A DNA stretch of 64,000 nucleotides, taken from the NCBI GenBank assembly GCA_963708025.1, contig CAVPSB010000013.1:192001-256000 (forward strand). The letters run 5' to 3'. The translations under genes and the position numbers were made by a program. Source of the stretch: an uncultured Candidatus Rokubacteria bacterium (GTDB taxonomy: Bacteria; Methylomirabilota; Methylomirabilia; Rokubacteriales; DASRDR01). Under the pieces are notes generated by a model. It was not told where the DNA came from and searched no databases. It saw nothing but the letters and a program-made list of their open reading frames with translations. This document shows positions 28,574 through 38,291 of this stretch, piece by piece; positions within the stretch are counted from its first letter, which is position 1; each line of letters starts with the position of its first letter.

Positions 28574-28990
28574 TCAAGATACCTCCACCCGGGTGCTGGC
28601 GTCGAACCGACCGCCACGGTTGTTGGCGAGGAGCACCTGGAGCACGCCGCCCCGTCCGGCTCGGAGGCGGAAGGTGATGAGCGGGTCGTCGCCCAGCGCG
28701 GACGTGAGCTGGAAGCGGCAGACCGGCTCGCCGCCGTAGAGCGCGGTGAGGCTCTCCAGGTGGAAGGGCGGCGACTCCGCGACGAACCGCCCGTCCCGGT
28801 AGGCGAGGCCGGTCCGGTTCGGATGGTTGAGCTCGTAGTTCACGCTGGCCCGATGGCGGAACGCACGCAGCAGGGTCTCCTGGACGAGGTCCTCGGCGTG
28901 CGTCTCGTCGCGGGTCAGCAAACGGCCGTAGTTATAGAGGGAATCGAGATACTTCAGTGCCAGCTCCTGGAACGGGACGCCGTCGTCCAA
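28574..28990 (-). CDS. Chimeric ORF: ECF sigma region-2 N-terminus fused to a SoxZ-like domain
   Basis: FQELALKYLDSLYNYGRLLTRDETHAEDLVQETLLRAFR followed in frame by HPNRTGL..FHL..TSALGDDPLITF..NNRG. Confidence 0.6.
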   Translation of the reverse strand: MDDGVPFQELALKYLDSLYNYGRLLTRDETHAEDLVQETLLRAFRHRASVNYELNHPNRTGLAYRDGRFVAESPPFHLESLTALYGGEPVCRFQLTSALGDDPLITFRLRAGRGGVLQVLLANNRGGRFDASTRVEVS

Positions 28991-29012
28991 TCGCCTGCTC
29001 TCTGTCTTTACA

Positions 29013-29039
29013 TTACGGCTGCGCCGCGCCGTTTATTCC
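29013..29039 (-). promoter_or_regulatory. ECF (SigR/SigH-like) promoter
   Basis: GGAAT-N18-GTAA directly upstream of the sigma-like ORF. Confidence 0.55.
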
Positions 29040-29145
29040 CTGCCCGGCCCCGGGAGGCCGGCGCCGCCCCGCCGCGGTTCCCCCGGGGCCGTTCCCTGGT
29101 CCGACCCGGCCGTGGGTCGGAACGCGTCGCGCCGCCGTGCCCTCG

Positions 29146-29937
29146 TCACTGGCGATCGGGGCCGGGCTGGATGTACCAGGGGCAGATCAGTCGCTCGGCC
29201 ACGACGACCGCCCAGAAGACAAGGACGCCGAGGACCGAGAGGGCGGCCATCACCCCGAAGACGACCGCGGTGTTGAGGTTGCTCGAGGCGACGATGATGA
29301 GATAGCCGAGCCCCTTGTCGGACCCGACGAACTCGCCGACCACCGCGCCGATCACGGCCAGGCTCATCGCGACCTTCATGCCGCTGAAGACATGGGGCAG
29401 CGCCCACGGCAACCGCACCTTCCAGAACACCTGCAGGGTGCCCGCCCGCAGCGACCGCGTGAGCTGCAGGAGATCCGGCTCAACCGACTCCAGCCCGGCC
29501 GCGGTGTTCACCACCATCGGGAGGAAGGCCACGATGGTGGCGACGATGACGTTGGTCACCAGCCCGTGGCCGATCCAGATCAGGAAGAGCGGGGCCAGCG
29601 CGATCTTCGGGACGGAATTCAGGACGACGATCAGCGGGTAGATCACCCGGCGCAGGACGGGGGAATACACGATGCCCACCGCGATGGGCACCCCCACGAC
29701 GACCGACATGGCGAAGCCCCCCAGCGTCTCGTAGAGGGTGACGCCGGCGTGGGCCGGGATCCGGTCCGCCCACTTCCACGTCTCGGTGACGATCGCGCTC
29801 GGCGCCGGGAGCAGCCAGACCGGGATGCGGGCGCCGCGGCACCCCAGCTCCCACAGCCCGACGAGCCCCAGGATGGCGAGGGCCGGCAGCCCGTACTCCC
29901 GGAGCCAGGGCCAGCGTGGCTCGCCCGCCGGCCTCAT
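29146..29937 (-). CDS. NitT/TauT-family ABC permease
   Basis: LPAPSAI, VPKIALAPL, LPHVFSGMK, GAVVGEF. Confidence 0.92.
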   Translation of the reverse strand: MRPAGEPRWPWLREYGLPALAILGLVGLWELGCRGARIPVWLLPAPSAIVTETWKWADRIPAHAGVTLYETLGGFAMSVVVGVPIAVGIVYSPVLRRVIYPLIVVLNSVPKIALAPLFLIWIGHGLVTNVIVATIVAFLPMVVNTAAGLESVEPDLLQLTRSLRAGTLQVFWKVRLPWALPHVFSGMKVAMSLAVIGAVVGEFVGSDKGLGYLIIVASSNLNTAVVFGVMAALSVLGVLVFWAVVVAERLICPWYIQPGPDRQ

Positions 29938-29959
29938 GGTCCCCCTCGGCCCGGGACGC

Positions 29960-30733
29960 TCATGCGGGCTCGCGCGAGGGCGCGATGGCCGCCCGGATCG
30001 CCTCGGCGTACTTCTGGAAGTCCGGGGAGAACTCCATCTTGATGCTCCGTGGGCGCGGGAGGTCGATGGGCACGACGTTGACGATGCGCCCGGGCCTGGC
30101 CGTCATGACGGCGACCCGGTCCGCCAGGAGGATCGCCTCGGGAATGCTGTGGGTCACGAACACGACCGTCTTCCTCCGCTCGCTCCACACGCGGAGGAGC
30201 TCCAGGCCCATCTCTTCGCGCGTCATCGCGTCCAGGGCCCCGAACGGCTCGTCCATCAGGAGGAGCGGCGGGTCGTGGATCAGGGCGCGACAGATCGACA
30301 CCCGTTGCTGCATGCCACCGGAGAGCTCGCGGGGGACGCTCCGCTCGAACCCGGCGAGCCCGACCAGGGCGATGAGCCGCTCGGCCTCGGCCCGGTACTG
30401 GCTGCGGGACCGCCCCAGGATCTCGATGGGAAAGAGGATGTTGTTCACGACGTTCCGCCAGGGGAGGAGGACCGGGCTCTGGAAGACCATGCCGACGTCC
30501 GGCGACGGCCCGTCCAGCGGCGTCCCCCGAACGCGGATGGTGCCCTCGGTGGGCGGGAGCAGGCCGGCGATCAGCTTGAGGAGCGTGCTCTTGCCGCAGC
30601 CACTCGGGCCGACGATCGTGAGGAACTCGTCGGCGTGGACGTCGAGGCTGACCCCTTCCAGCGCGGTGACGACGGTCCGCGAGCGGGTCTGGTAGCGTTT
30701 CGAGACGTTCTCGACGCCGATGAAGACCGCCAT
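29960..30733 (-). CDS. NitT/TauT-family ABC ATPase
   Basis: GPSGCGKST, LSGGMQQR, LLMDEPFGALD, VTH. Confidence 0.95.
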   Translation of the reverse strand: MAVFIGVENVSKRYQTRSRTVVTALEGVSLDVHADEFLTIVGPSGCGKSTLLKLIAGLLPPTEGTIRVRGTPLDGPSPDVGMVFQSPVLLPWRNVVNNILFPIEILGRSRSQYRAEAERLIALVGLAGFERSVPRELSGGMQQRVSICRALIHDPPLLLMDEPFGALDAMTREEMGLELLRVWSERRKTVVFVTHSIPEAILLADRVAVMTARPGRIVNVVPIDLPRPRSIKMEFSPDFQKYAEAIRAAIAPSREPA

Positions 30734-30759
30734 CCGGAACTGCCGGCCGTCGCCCCGCG

Positions 30760-31788
30760 CTACTTCTGGGAGAGGAACTCGTTCGTGTAGAGCTCCTCGG
30801 GTGGGACGACGCGCTTGAGACCGAGCGCCGAGGTGACGACATCACGGGTCGCGAGCATGACGTCCGGGCTCATGTACCCGAGCCCTTTCGTGGCCGCCTC
30901 CGGGCTCACCAGCCCCTTCATGATGAGGAGCTCCGCCTTGGCCGGCTCCGGCTCGACCTCGCGGTTGTATTTCTGCATGATCTCGACGGCTTCGTCCGGT
31001 CGCTCGAAGACGTAGGCCAGGCCCCGCACCGTCGCCTGGACGAACCGGCGGACCAGGTCGGGGTTGCTCTGGGCGAGGCTGTCGGTCGTCATCACGGCGT
31101 TCCCGTGGGTGACGAGGCCGTAGTTCGAGTACTGCATCGCGTCCACGTGCAGGCCCTCCTTCTCGGCGATTTTCTGGAAGCGCGGGGCCTGGATGGCTTG
31201 CTCGGTGATGGCGTCGGCCTTGCGGGAGATCAGCATGGGCAGGAACGCGCTGGCGTCCACGATCACCTCGCGGATCTTCTCGCGGTCGACGCCGTTGGCC
31301 TTGAGGAAGGCCGGCAGCATGATCACGCTGGCGCCGCTGGCCGAGCGGGCCAGGGTCCGGCCCTCGAGGTCCTTCGGCCCCTTGATGCCGGACTCCCGCA
31401 GGTAGAGGATGCCGAGGGCCGCCTTGCCGTACACCCCCAGCACCGCCTTGACCGGCACCCCGTCGTTCGCGCGGGCGGCCACCAGGGCGCCCATGTCGGC
31501 GACGCCGAATGTCGCGCGGCCCGAGGCCACCCGCTTGATGGTGTCGCCGGACCCGTAGCCGCGCGAGATCGTCACCGCGAGGTTCTGGCTCGCGTAGAAC
31601 CCTTTGTCGACCGCCACGAAGTACGGCGTGTGCGTACCCCCGATGACCCAGTCCAGGGCGAGCGTCACCTGATCGGTCGCCGAGGCCGGCCCGCCGAACA
31701 GCAGCCCGGCCGCGATGACCGCGAGCATCACGGCGAACTCGAAGCGGGAGGCGCGTGTCGTGTGCCATGAGATCCTCCGTGTGGTCAC
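30760..31788 (-). CDS. NMT1/THI5-like ABC substrate-binding protein
   Basis: Signal peptide, VTLALDW, KGFY, GYGSGD, IKGPKDLEG, LYTNEF. Confidence 0.88.
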   Translation of the reverse strand: MTTRRISWHTTRASRFEFAVMLAVIAAGLLFGGPASATDQVTLALDWVIGGTHTPYFVAVDKGFYASQNLAVTISRGYGSGDTIKRVASGRATFGVADMGALVAARANDGVPVKAVLGVYGKAALGILYLRESGIKGPKDLEGRTLARSASGASVIMLPAFLKANGVDREKIREVIVDASAFLPMLISRKADAITEQAIQAPRFQKIAEKEGLHVDAMQYSNYGLVTHGNAVMTTDSLAQSNPDLVRRFVQATVRGLAYVFERPDEAVEIMQKYNREVEPEPAKAELLIMKGLVSPEAATKGLGYMSPDVMLATRDVVTSALGLKRVVPPEELYTNEFLSQK

Positions 31789-33146
31789 AGGTAGTCCTCG
31801 AGCCGGACCCGGTCGGCGCCCGGAATCTTCTTCCGCTCGAACTCCGCCCGCCACTCGAGGGGCGCGGTGGCGTCGATGCCGAGCCGCCCCCAGTGGACCT
31901 GGTGCGGGTCGCGGGCGAACGACGGGACGTCGGGGATCTGGAAGATGTTGCGGTCGGGCCGGCAGCGGGTGGACATGGCCCAGACGACGTCCTTCAGGTC
32001 CCGGATGTCCACGTCCTCGTCCACCGCGACGCAGTACAGGATCCGGTTCATCTCGGCGCCGAAGGCGGCCAGGATGGCCTTCCGCGGCTGGCCCTCGAAC
32101 TGCTTCGTCAGCTTGAGGACGCAGAACTGGAGGAGCGGCCAGCACGCGACGTCGGTGACCGTGGGCACCCACGTGCGCACCGCGCGGTAGATGCTGCCGG
32201 CGGTCGGGATGCTCGACATGGTGATCTCTTCGGTCGAGCCGGAGAGGATGGCGTAGAAGAGGGCCCCGGGCCGGGCGGTGACCCGGCGCACGGCCAGCAC
32301 GTGGTTGTCGGTCACCGGCACGTAGTAGTCCATCCACTCGCCGAACGGTCCCTCCGGCCGCCGGACGTTGGGGAGCAGCGCGCCCTCGATGACGATCTCG
32401 GTCGCGGCCGGCACCTCGAGGTTGACGGTCCGGCACCGGCGGAGCGGGACGCGACAGCCGGCGATCCGTTCGGTCAGCTCCAGCTCGCTCTCCTCCGGAC
32501 CGATCGTCGCCCCCGCGGCCACCATGAGGGCCGGCGCATTCCCGATCAGCACCGCGACCTCGAGGGGCTGCCCGCGCTGCTCCGCGGTGGCGTGCATCCG
32601 GTACAGATCGCCGGAGGTGCTCAGGCGGCAGCGCAGCTCGCTGGCGTTGACGATCTGCATCCGGTGATAGGAGAGGTTGACCCGGCCGGTGTCGGGCTCC
32701 TTGGCCAGGACCACGCCGGCGGTGATGTAGGGTCCGGCGTCCTTCTCGCAGAACGTGAGGAGCGGCAGGTCCAGCAGGGAGCACTCCTCGTGGTCGTTGA
32801 CGCCCGGCGAGCACGGCGTGGCCGGGAGCGGGCGCCGGTCCGCCACCAGCCCGGCCCACGTCCGGACCACGGCGTCGGGCTCGACGCCGAGCACCCGGGC
32901 GACCCCCTCGTAGCTGCCGCAGAGGTTGCTGACGACCGGGAAGGCCGTCCCCCGCACCCGCTCGAACAGGACCGGCCGGTTGCGGGTGCGCTGGATCTCC
33001 CGGAGGACGGCCGCCAGCTCGAACTTCGGCTCGACCTCCTTCTTGACCCGGACCAGGAGCTGCTCGGCATCGAGCCGGGCCAGGAAGCTGCGGAGGCTCG
33101 CCACCGGGGACATCGCCGGGGAGGAGTCGTCGTTCATGCCGCTCAC
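31785..33146 (-). CDS. UbiD-family prFMN-dependent (de)carboxylase
   Basis: LRSFLARL, LFERV, KDAGPYIT, NLSYHRM, EIVIEG, EGPFGE, VDEDVD, WAMSTR, GIDAT. Confidence 0.92.
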   Translation of the reverse strand: MSGMNDDSSPAMSPVASLRSFLARLDAEQLLVRVKKEVEPKFELAAVLREIQRTRNRPVLFERVRGTAFPVVSNLCGSYEGVARVLGVEPDAVVRTWAGLVADRRPLPATPCSPGVNDHEECSLLDLPLLTFCEKDAGPYITAGVVLAKEPDTGRVNLSYHRMQIVNASELRCRLSTSGDLYRMHATAEQRGQPLEVAVLIGNAPALMVAAGATIGPEESELELTERIAGCRVPLRRCRTVNLEVPAATEIVIEGALLPNVRRPEGPFGEWMDYYVPVTDNHVLAVRRVTARPGALFYAILSGSTEEITMSSIPTAGSIYRAVRTWVPTVTDVACWPLLQFCVLKLTKQFEGQPRKAILAAFGAEMNRILYCVAVDEDVDIRDLKDVVWAMSTRCRPDRNIFQIPDVPSFARDPHQVHWGRLGIDATAPLEWRAEFERKKIPGADRVRLEDYL

Positions 33147-33149
33147 CTC

Positions 33150-33318
33150 TTCGGGACCTTCCGCCCACCCGATCCTTCGACGGCCTTCGGCCTTTGGCCC
33201 CCTCCCGTCTGACGGGATCGCCGGGACGGCGAGGGCCTACGGCCCTCGCGACGTCCCGTCCCTCCGGTGGGCACCGGGGGGAGGGGGGAGCCGGAGGCCT
33301 CGATTGCTTCACACCCTC
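33150..33318 (-). repeat. REP-like element family A, long variant
   Basis: Shares the internal CGGGACGTCGC..GCCGTCCCGGCGATCCCGTCA block with 43024-43199. Confidence 0.85.
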
Positions 33319-33994
33319 TTAGCGCCTGAGCTCGGCCGCGGGCGGATCGATCGCCCGCAGCCGGTACAGCTCCATCTCCGGTCGATAGCGCGCCCACAGC
33401 TCGGCGAGCCGTCCGATCGGATCGCTCTCCGCCCAGTCCACCCGCAGGTTGACGAGGGGGAAGCTGTCGTGGGCGACGACCCGGAGTCCCGCCGAGTGCT
33501 CGTTCCCACCGACCTCCCCGCCGGCAGCCTTGCCGACCTCGAGCGCGCGCACGAGCCGGTCGGCGAGGTGGAAGTCCGCGGCCGCCCGGAACGCCGCCGC
33601 CATGGCGGGAACCACCGTCTCGGAGGCCAGGAGGTTGCCCGTCACCGCGAGGTTCGGCTCGCTCAGCTCGGCCGCGGTCGGGAACGCCTTGGCGCCCGTC
33701 CACGTCGCGCTCGCGCCATCGCGATCGACGCAGGCCAGCTGCCGGTACTCGGGGTACCGGCCACCCCGGACCAGCTCGTTCGACGACTGCCCGGGCGCCG
33801 TAACCCTGCCGCAGGAGCGAGAGGCCGAGCTGCCCGAGCCCAGGATCGGTGACGTTCTGGGTGGTGACGCCCCCCGCGTTCGCCTCCAGCCACACGCAGC
33901 GGGCCGCCACGCAGATGCTCGAGGTCGTGATCGCGATGCCGAGCATCCCCGTGCGCTCGCAGCGCGCCACCAGGCTGTAAGTGTGGGTCACCAT
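33319..33994 (-). CDS. DUF1028 (Ntn-hydrolase-like) protein (frameshift near 33781)
   Basis: HTYSLVARC..TGMLG, TQN, then YRQLACVD, GNLLAS, LRVD. Confidence 0.82.
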
Positions 33995-34005
33995 GGCCGA
34001 CGGTG

Positions 34006-35247
34006 CTACGCGGGGCCGGTGCCGGTCCGGGCCGCCGGGCCGGTCCCCAGCTCGGCCTCCCAGGCCTGCTGGGTCGCGATGTCCTGCGTCCACGGGCGCA
34101 TCAGCGCCGCCGCCCGCGCATCGCGCGCGTACCTCTCCAGCGGGTAGCGCTTCAGCATCGCCCGGCCGCCGCAGACCCGGATCGCCTCCGCCGTGATCTC
34201 GACCACCCCGCGCTGGATCGTGACGTGGGCGGCGCGGGCCCGCTGCTCGATCTCCTGGCCCGGGTCCAGGCGGCACTCCGAGATCGACCGGTAGAAGAGC
34301 GCCCGGGCCGCCTCGACGGTGAAAAGCATCTGGGCCACGGCGAAGCCCTTCGCCGGGGCCTCCGCCGGCAGGCCGGGTGACCCGGCCACCCGCCCGGTCA
34401 GGTACGCGAGGGCGAAGTCGTAGGCTGCCTGCATGAGTCCGAGGAACGTCGCCGAGAAGGAGAGCGCGCCGTGGGGGAAGGTGTCGTACAGGGCCCCGAA
34501 CCCGCCGGGGGGCAGGAGGCTCGCCTCCTCGGGGACGAAGACGTTCGTGAGGACCATGTCCCGGCTGACGGTGGCGCGCATCCCCATCGGGTCCCACTCG
34601 CCCTCGAACTCGACGCCGGCGGCGTCCCGGGGAATCGCGAGGTAGAGGGTCCGCTCGATCCACGGCCCGTCGGCGAGCAGCAGCGCGGGAGTCGCGTAGT
34701 AGTCGGCGGCTCCGGCCAGCGACACGAAGAACTTCCGCCCGTTCACGACGTAGCCACCCTCGACCCGCTCGGCCCGCGTCCCGAACCGCCGGCCCCCGAC
34801 CTTGAGCTGATCGGCCTGCCCCAGCTCCACCGGCTCGCTGTGCGGCTGCGCGTACACCGCTCCCTGCTCCACGACTTCCCGGAACCGCCCGGCTCGACGG
34901 CGCTCGTGCAGGGCGCGGGCGTCGGGTGGGAGCGCCATCTGATCGGCGATCTCGCCCATCATGAGCATCGTGGTGCAGTGCATGTTGTACATCAGCGCGG
35001 TGGAGGCGTTGCCACGCGCGATCTGCTCCGCCACCAGGCAGTAGGTCTCGAAGCCGGCGCCGAGTCCCCCGTACCGGGCCGGCACGCAGAGGGCCAGCAG
35101 CCCGGCCTCCCGCAGATCGTTGAAGTCGTCGTGGGGAAAGGACGCCTCCCGGTCGTACTTCTCGGCGCGCGGGGCAAAGCGCTCGGTGGCGAGCCGGTAG
35201 GCGAGGCCCGTGACCTCGCGCTGCTGGGATGTCAGGGTGAGATCCAT
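34006..35247 (-). CDS. Acyl-CoA dehydrogenase-family flavoprotein
   Basis: YGGLG, NMH, NGRKFFVS, WDPMGMRATVS, CGG, LERYARD. Confidence 0.9.
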   Translation of the reverse strand: MDLTLTSQQREVTGLAYRLATERFAPRAEKYDREASFPHDDFNDLREAGLLALCVPARYGGLGAGFETYCLVAEQIARGNASTALMYNMHCTTMLMMGEIADQMALPPDARALHERRRAGRFREVVEQGAVYAQPHSEPVELGQADQLKVGGRRFGTRAERVEGGYVVNGRKFFVSLAGAADYYATPALLLADGPWIERTLYLAIPRDAAGVEFEGEWDPMGMRATVSRDMVLTNVFVPEEASLLPPGGFGALYDTFPHGALSFSATFLGLMQAAYDFALAYLTGRVAGSPGLPAEAPAKGFAVAQMLFTVEAARALFYRSISECRLDPGQEIEQRARAAHVTIQRGVVEITAEAIRVCGGRAMLKRYPLERYARDARAAALMRPWTQDIATQQAWEAELGTGPAARTGTGPA

Positions 35248-35289
35248 GTGATCGGCTCGAGCCGGATGCGTGGTGCCGACTCTACGCGC

Positions 35290-36913
35290 TCATGTCTTGT
35301 AACCGCCGGCCAGCATCTGTCGGAGGAGCTTCTTGTCGAACTTGCCGACGCTCGTCTTGGGGACCTGCTCCAGGAAGACCACGTCGTCGGGCAAGGCCCA
35401 CTTGGCCACCTGCGGGCGGAGGAAGTCGAGCAGCTCCCCGGCGGTCAGGCTCCCGCGGTGCTCCGGCTTGGGGACGACACAGGCCAGGGGCCGCTCGACC
35501 CACCGGGGATGGGGAACCGCGATGACGGCGGCCTCCAGCACCTTGGGGTGGGCCATCAGCAGGCCTCTCCATGTCGACGCTGGAGATCCACTCGCCGCCC
35601 GACTTGATGAGGTCCTTCGTCCGGTCGGTGATCTGGATGTAGCCCTCGGCGTCGATGCTCACCACGTCGCCCGTCCGGAACCAGCCGTCGGCCGTGAACT
35701 GCTGCGCGCCCTCCGGGTTGTCGTAGTAGGCCCTCACGACCCAGGGGCCGCGCACCTGCAGCTCCCCGATCGTCTTGCCGTCCCACGGCACCTCCTGTCC
35801 CTGGTCGTCGACCGCCCGGAGGTCGATGCCGGCCACGGCGTAGCCCTGCTTGGCGCGCACCGCGTAGCGCTGCTCGTCGGGCCAGGCGGCCATGTACGAC
35901 TTGAGCCGGGAGACGGTTCCCAGCGGCGTCGTCTCGGTCATGCCCCAGGCATGGGTCATGGCGACGCCGAGCTTCTTCTCGTACACCTCGATCAGGCTCC
36001 GGGGAGCCGCCGAGCCGCCGATCGGGATGCAGCGGATCGAGGAGAGGTCGAACGCCTCCTTCTCGACCAGCTCCTTGATGGCGATCCACACGGTCGGGAC
36101 CGCGCCGACGAAGGTCACCTTCTCGGCCTGCACGATCGCGGCGATGTCGCGCGGCTGGGGCGCGGGGCCGCCGAAGATCTGGGTGGCGCCGACCATGACG
36201 CCGGCGAACGGCACGCACCAGGCGTTGGCGTGGAACATCGGCACGATGTGGAGGATGACGTCGCGCTCGGACAGGGCCAGCGTGTCGGTCATCGCCACGC
36301 CCATCGAGTGCAGGAAGATGGCGCGGTGGCTGTAGACGACGCCCTTGGGATGGCCGGTGGTGCCCGAGGTGTAGCACATCCCGGCGGCGGCGTTCTCGTC
36401 GAGCCGGGGCCAGTCGGTGACCGGGCGCGCCTCGCCGAGGAGGCTCTCGTAGGCGTGGACGCCGGGCGGGACGTCCCCGGAGCTGTCGGGCATGATGACG
36501 TAGTGCCGGACCGTCCGCAGCTCGGAGCGGATCGGCTCGATGACGGACCACAGGCTGGCGTCGACGAAGAGCACCGAGTCGCCCGCGTGGTTGACGATGT
36601 AGGCGATGTCCGCGGGCGCCAGCCGGATGTTGACGGTGTGGAGCACGGCGCCGGACAGCGGCGCCGCCCAGTACAGCTCGAGGTGCCGGTGCGAGTTCCA
36701 GCCAAACGTGCCGACCCGATCCCCTCGTCCGATGCCGAGGGCTCCGAGGGCCCCGGCCAGGCGACACACCCGGTCCGCGAACTCCCCGTACGTGTACCGG
36801 AACAGGGGGCGTCCCGGGACCCGGGTCGCGAGCTGCTTCTTCGGGAAGAGCCGGCGACTGCGCTCGAAGAAGTGGGTCAGGGTCAGCGGGTAGTCCATCA
36901 TGAGCCCGGTCAT
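35290..36913 (-). CDS. Acyl-CoA synthetase, AlkK/DmdB-like (frameshift near 35565)
   Basis: YTSGTTGHPKG, VPMFHANAW, WGMTE, TGD, DRTKDLIKSGGEWISS, then MAHPKVLEAAV..KTSVGKFDK. Confidence 0.9.
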
Positions 36914-37097
36914 GTCCGATCCCTCCCCTTGTCCGGACGGTCCGGACGGTCCGGACGCGCGCGGTTGCCCCCGCGCCCCGGTGTGCTCCGACCGGTCATT
37001 GTAGCGCGCGCGGCCGGCCGGCGCTTGACGCCCGCAGGTGGCCAGCGTACGGTACAGTGAGGTGCCCGATCCAGCCGCCGGAGCGGAGGAATCCACC

Positions 37098-37502
37098 ATG
37101 TCAGGCGAGCGGCGGCGGGTCCTCGTGGTCGACGACGACGCGGGGATCACGTTGACCTTCGAGAAGATCCTGCAGGGCGAGGGCTACGAGGTCGCCACCG
37201 CGACCGACGGCGTCGAAGCGATCGAGCTGGCCCGCCAGTCGCCCTTCGATTGCGTCCTGCTCGACCTGGTCATGCCGCGCATGGACGGGCTGACCACCCT
37301 CCACTACCTCAACACGGTGGCGCCTCAGGCCCGCGTCGTCATCCTGTCCGCCCACCTCGGCCGGAACTGGGAGGCCGAGGCGCTGCGCCTCGGCGCGGCG
37401 GCGGTGATGCCCAAGCCCCCGGACATCGCCAAGCTCCTCCGCCTCTGCGACGAGCTGATTCGCCAGAGCCGACCGCCCGCCGACACCGCCCGTCCCGCCT
37501 GA
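37098..37502 (+). CDS. Single-domain response regulator
   Basis: VLVVDDD, LLDLVMPRMDG, PKP; TTGACG-N17-TACGGT upstream. Confidence 0.9.
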   Translation: MSGERRRVLVVDDDAGITLTFEKILQGEGYEVATATDGVEAIELARQSPFDCVLLDLVMPRMDGLTTLHYLNTVAPQARVVILSAHLGRNWEAEALRLGAAAVMPKPPDIAKLLRLCDELIRQSRPPADTARPA

Positions 37503-37541
37503 GAAGGCCGGAGGGCTCGACGGCCCTCCGGAACGAGCCGT

Positions 37542-38195
37542 TCAGCCGTGGAGCCCTCGGACCGCGGTCAGTAGCTCCTCGTCGGTTGGGAACTTGCCGA
37601 TCCCGGCAAGTCCATCCCGGTCGCACTCGATGTTGGTCCAGCGGACGATACCCTCCCCATCCACGAGGAATTGCCCCAGGAACTGGAGGTACGGCCGGGC
37701 GGCATCCTCCCGATCGGTCGGCGTCGACTCGAAGCCCTCCAGGCGGCTGAGCGCGGCGGAGGCCTCGCGCACCGGCAACGCCGCCGGCAACTCACCGCTC
37801 GGGTTCACCGGCGTCATCCAGTTGGCCTCCCCGATCTCGGCCCTCGGGGGTGCTGGCACCCCGTAGAGGCGATGGGTGCCGAACTGGGGGTCGGCGGCGA
37901 CTCGAAGCCGCGGAGGGTGATAGCGGAAGTAGAACCGGGCGTTCTCGGGGGTGGTGGCGACGACGGCGAGCGCCTCCACGCCTTCGCCCTTGAGCCGCTC
38001 CCCCGCCTGCCCCATGCGGGCGATCGCCCGGCGGCAGAACGGGCAGTAGGTCCCGCGGAAGAGCCCGAGCAGCAGGGTCCGGCCGCGGTAATCGCCCAGC
38101 GACAGCGTCCCTTCCCGATCCGCCGCCGGCAACGTGAACTCGGGGGCGCGATCGCCGGGCTGGAGAGCTGGACCCCGATCGAAGTCAGTCATCAT
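37542..38195 (-). CDS. AhpC/TSA-like redoxin
   Basis: GDRAPEFTLP, FRGTYCPFCR, FLVDGEGIVRW. Confidence 0.8.
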   Translation of the reverse strand: MMTDFDRGPALQPGDRAPEFTLPAADREGTLSLGDYRGRTLLLGLFRGTYCPFCRRAIARMGQAGERLKGEGVEALAVVATTPENARFYFRYHPPRLRVAADPQFGTHRLYGVPAPPRAEIGEANWMTPVNPSGELPAALPVREASAALSRLEGFESTPTDREDAARPYLQFLGQFLVDGEGIVRWTNIECDRDGLAGIGKFPTDEELLTAVRGLHG

Positions 38196-38291
38196 GAACC
38201 CACCCCTGTATGAGAGCATAGCCGACCACGGACTCGATTCCCGATCGAATCACCCGGCGAGACCCGCAGACATCGCGGCCGTCCTCCCGTC

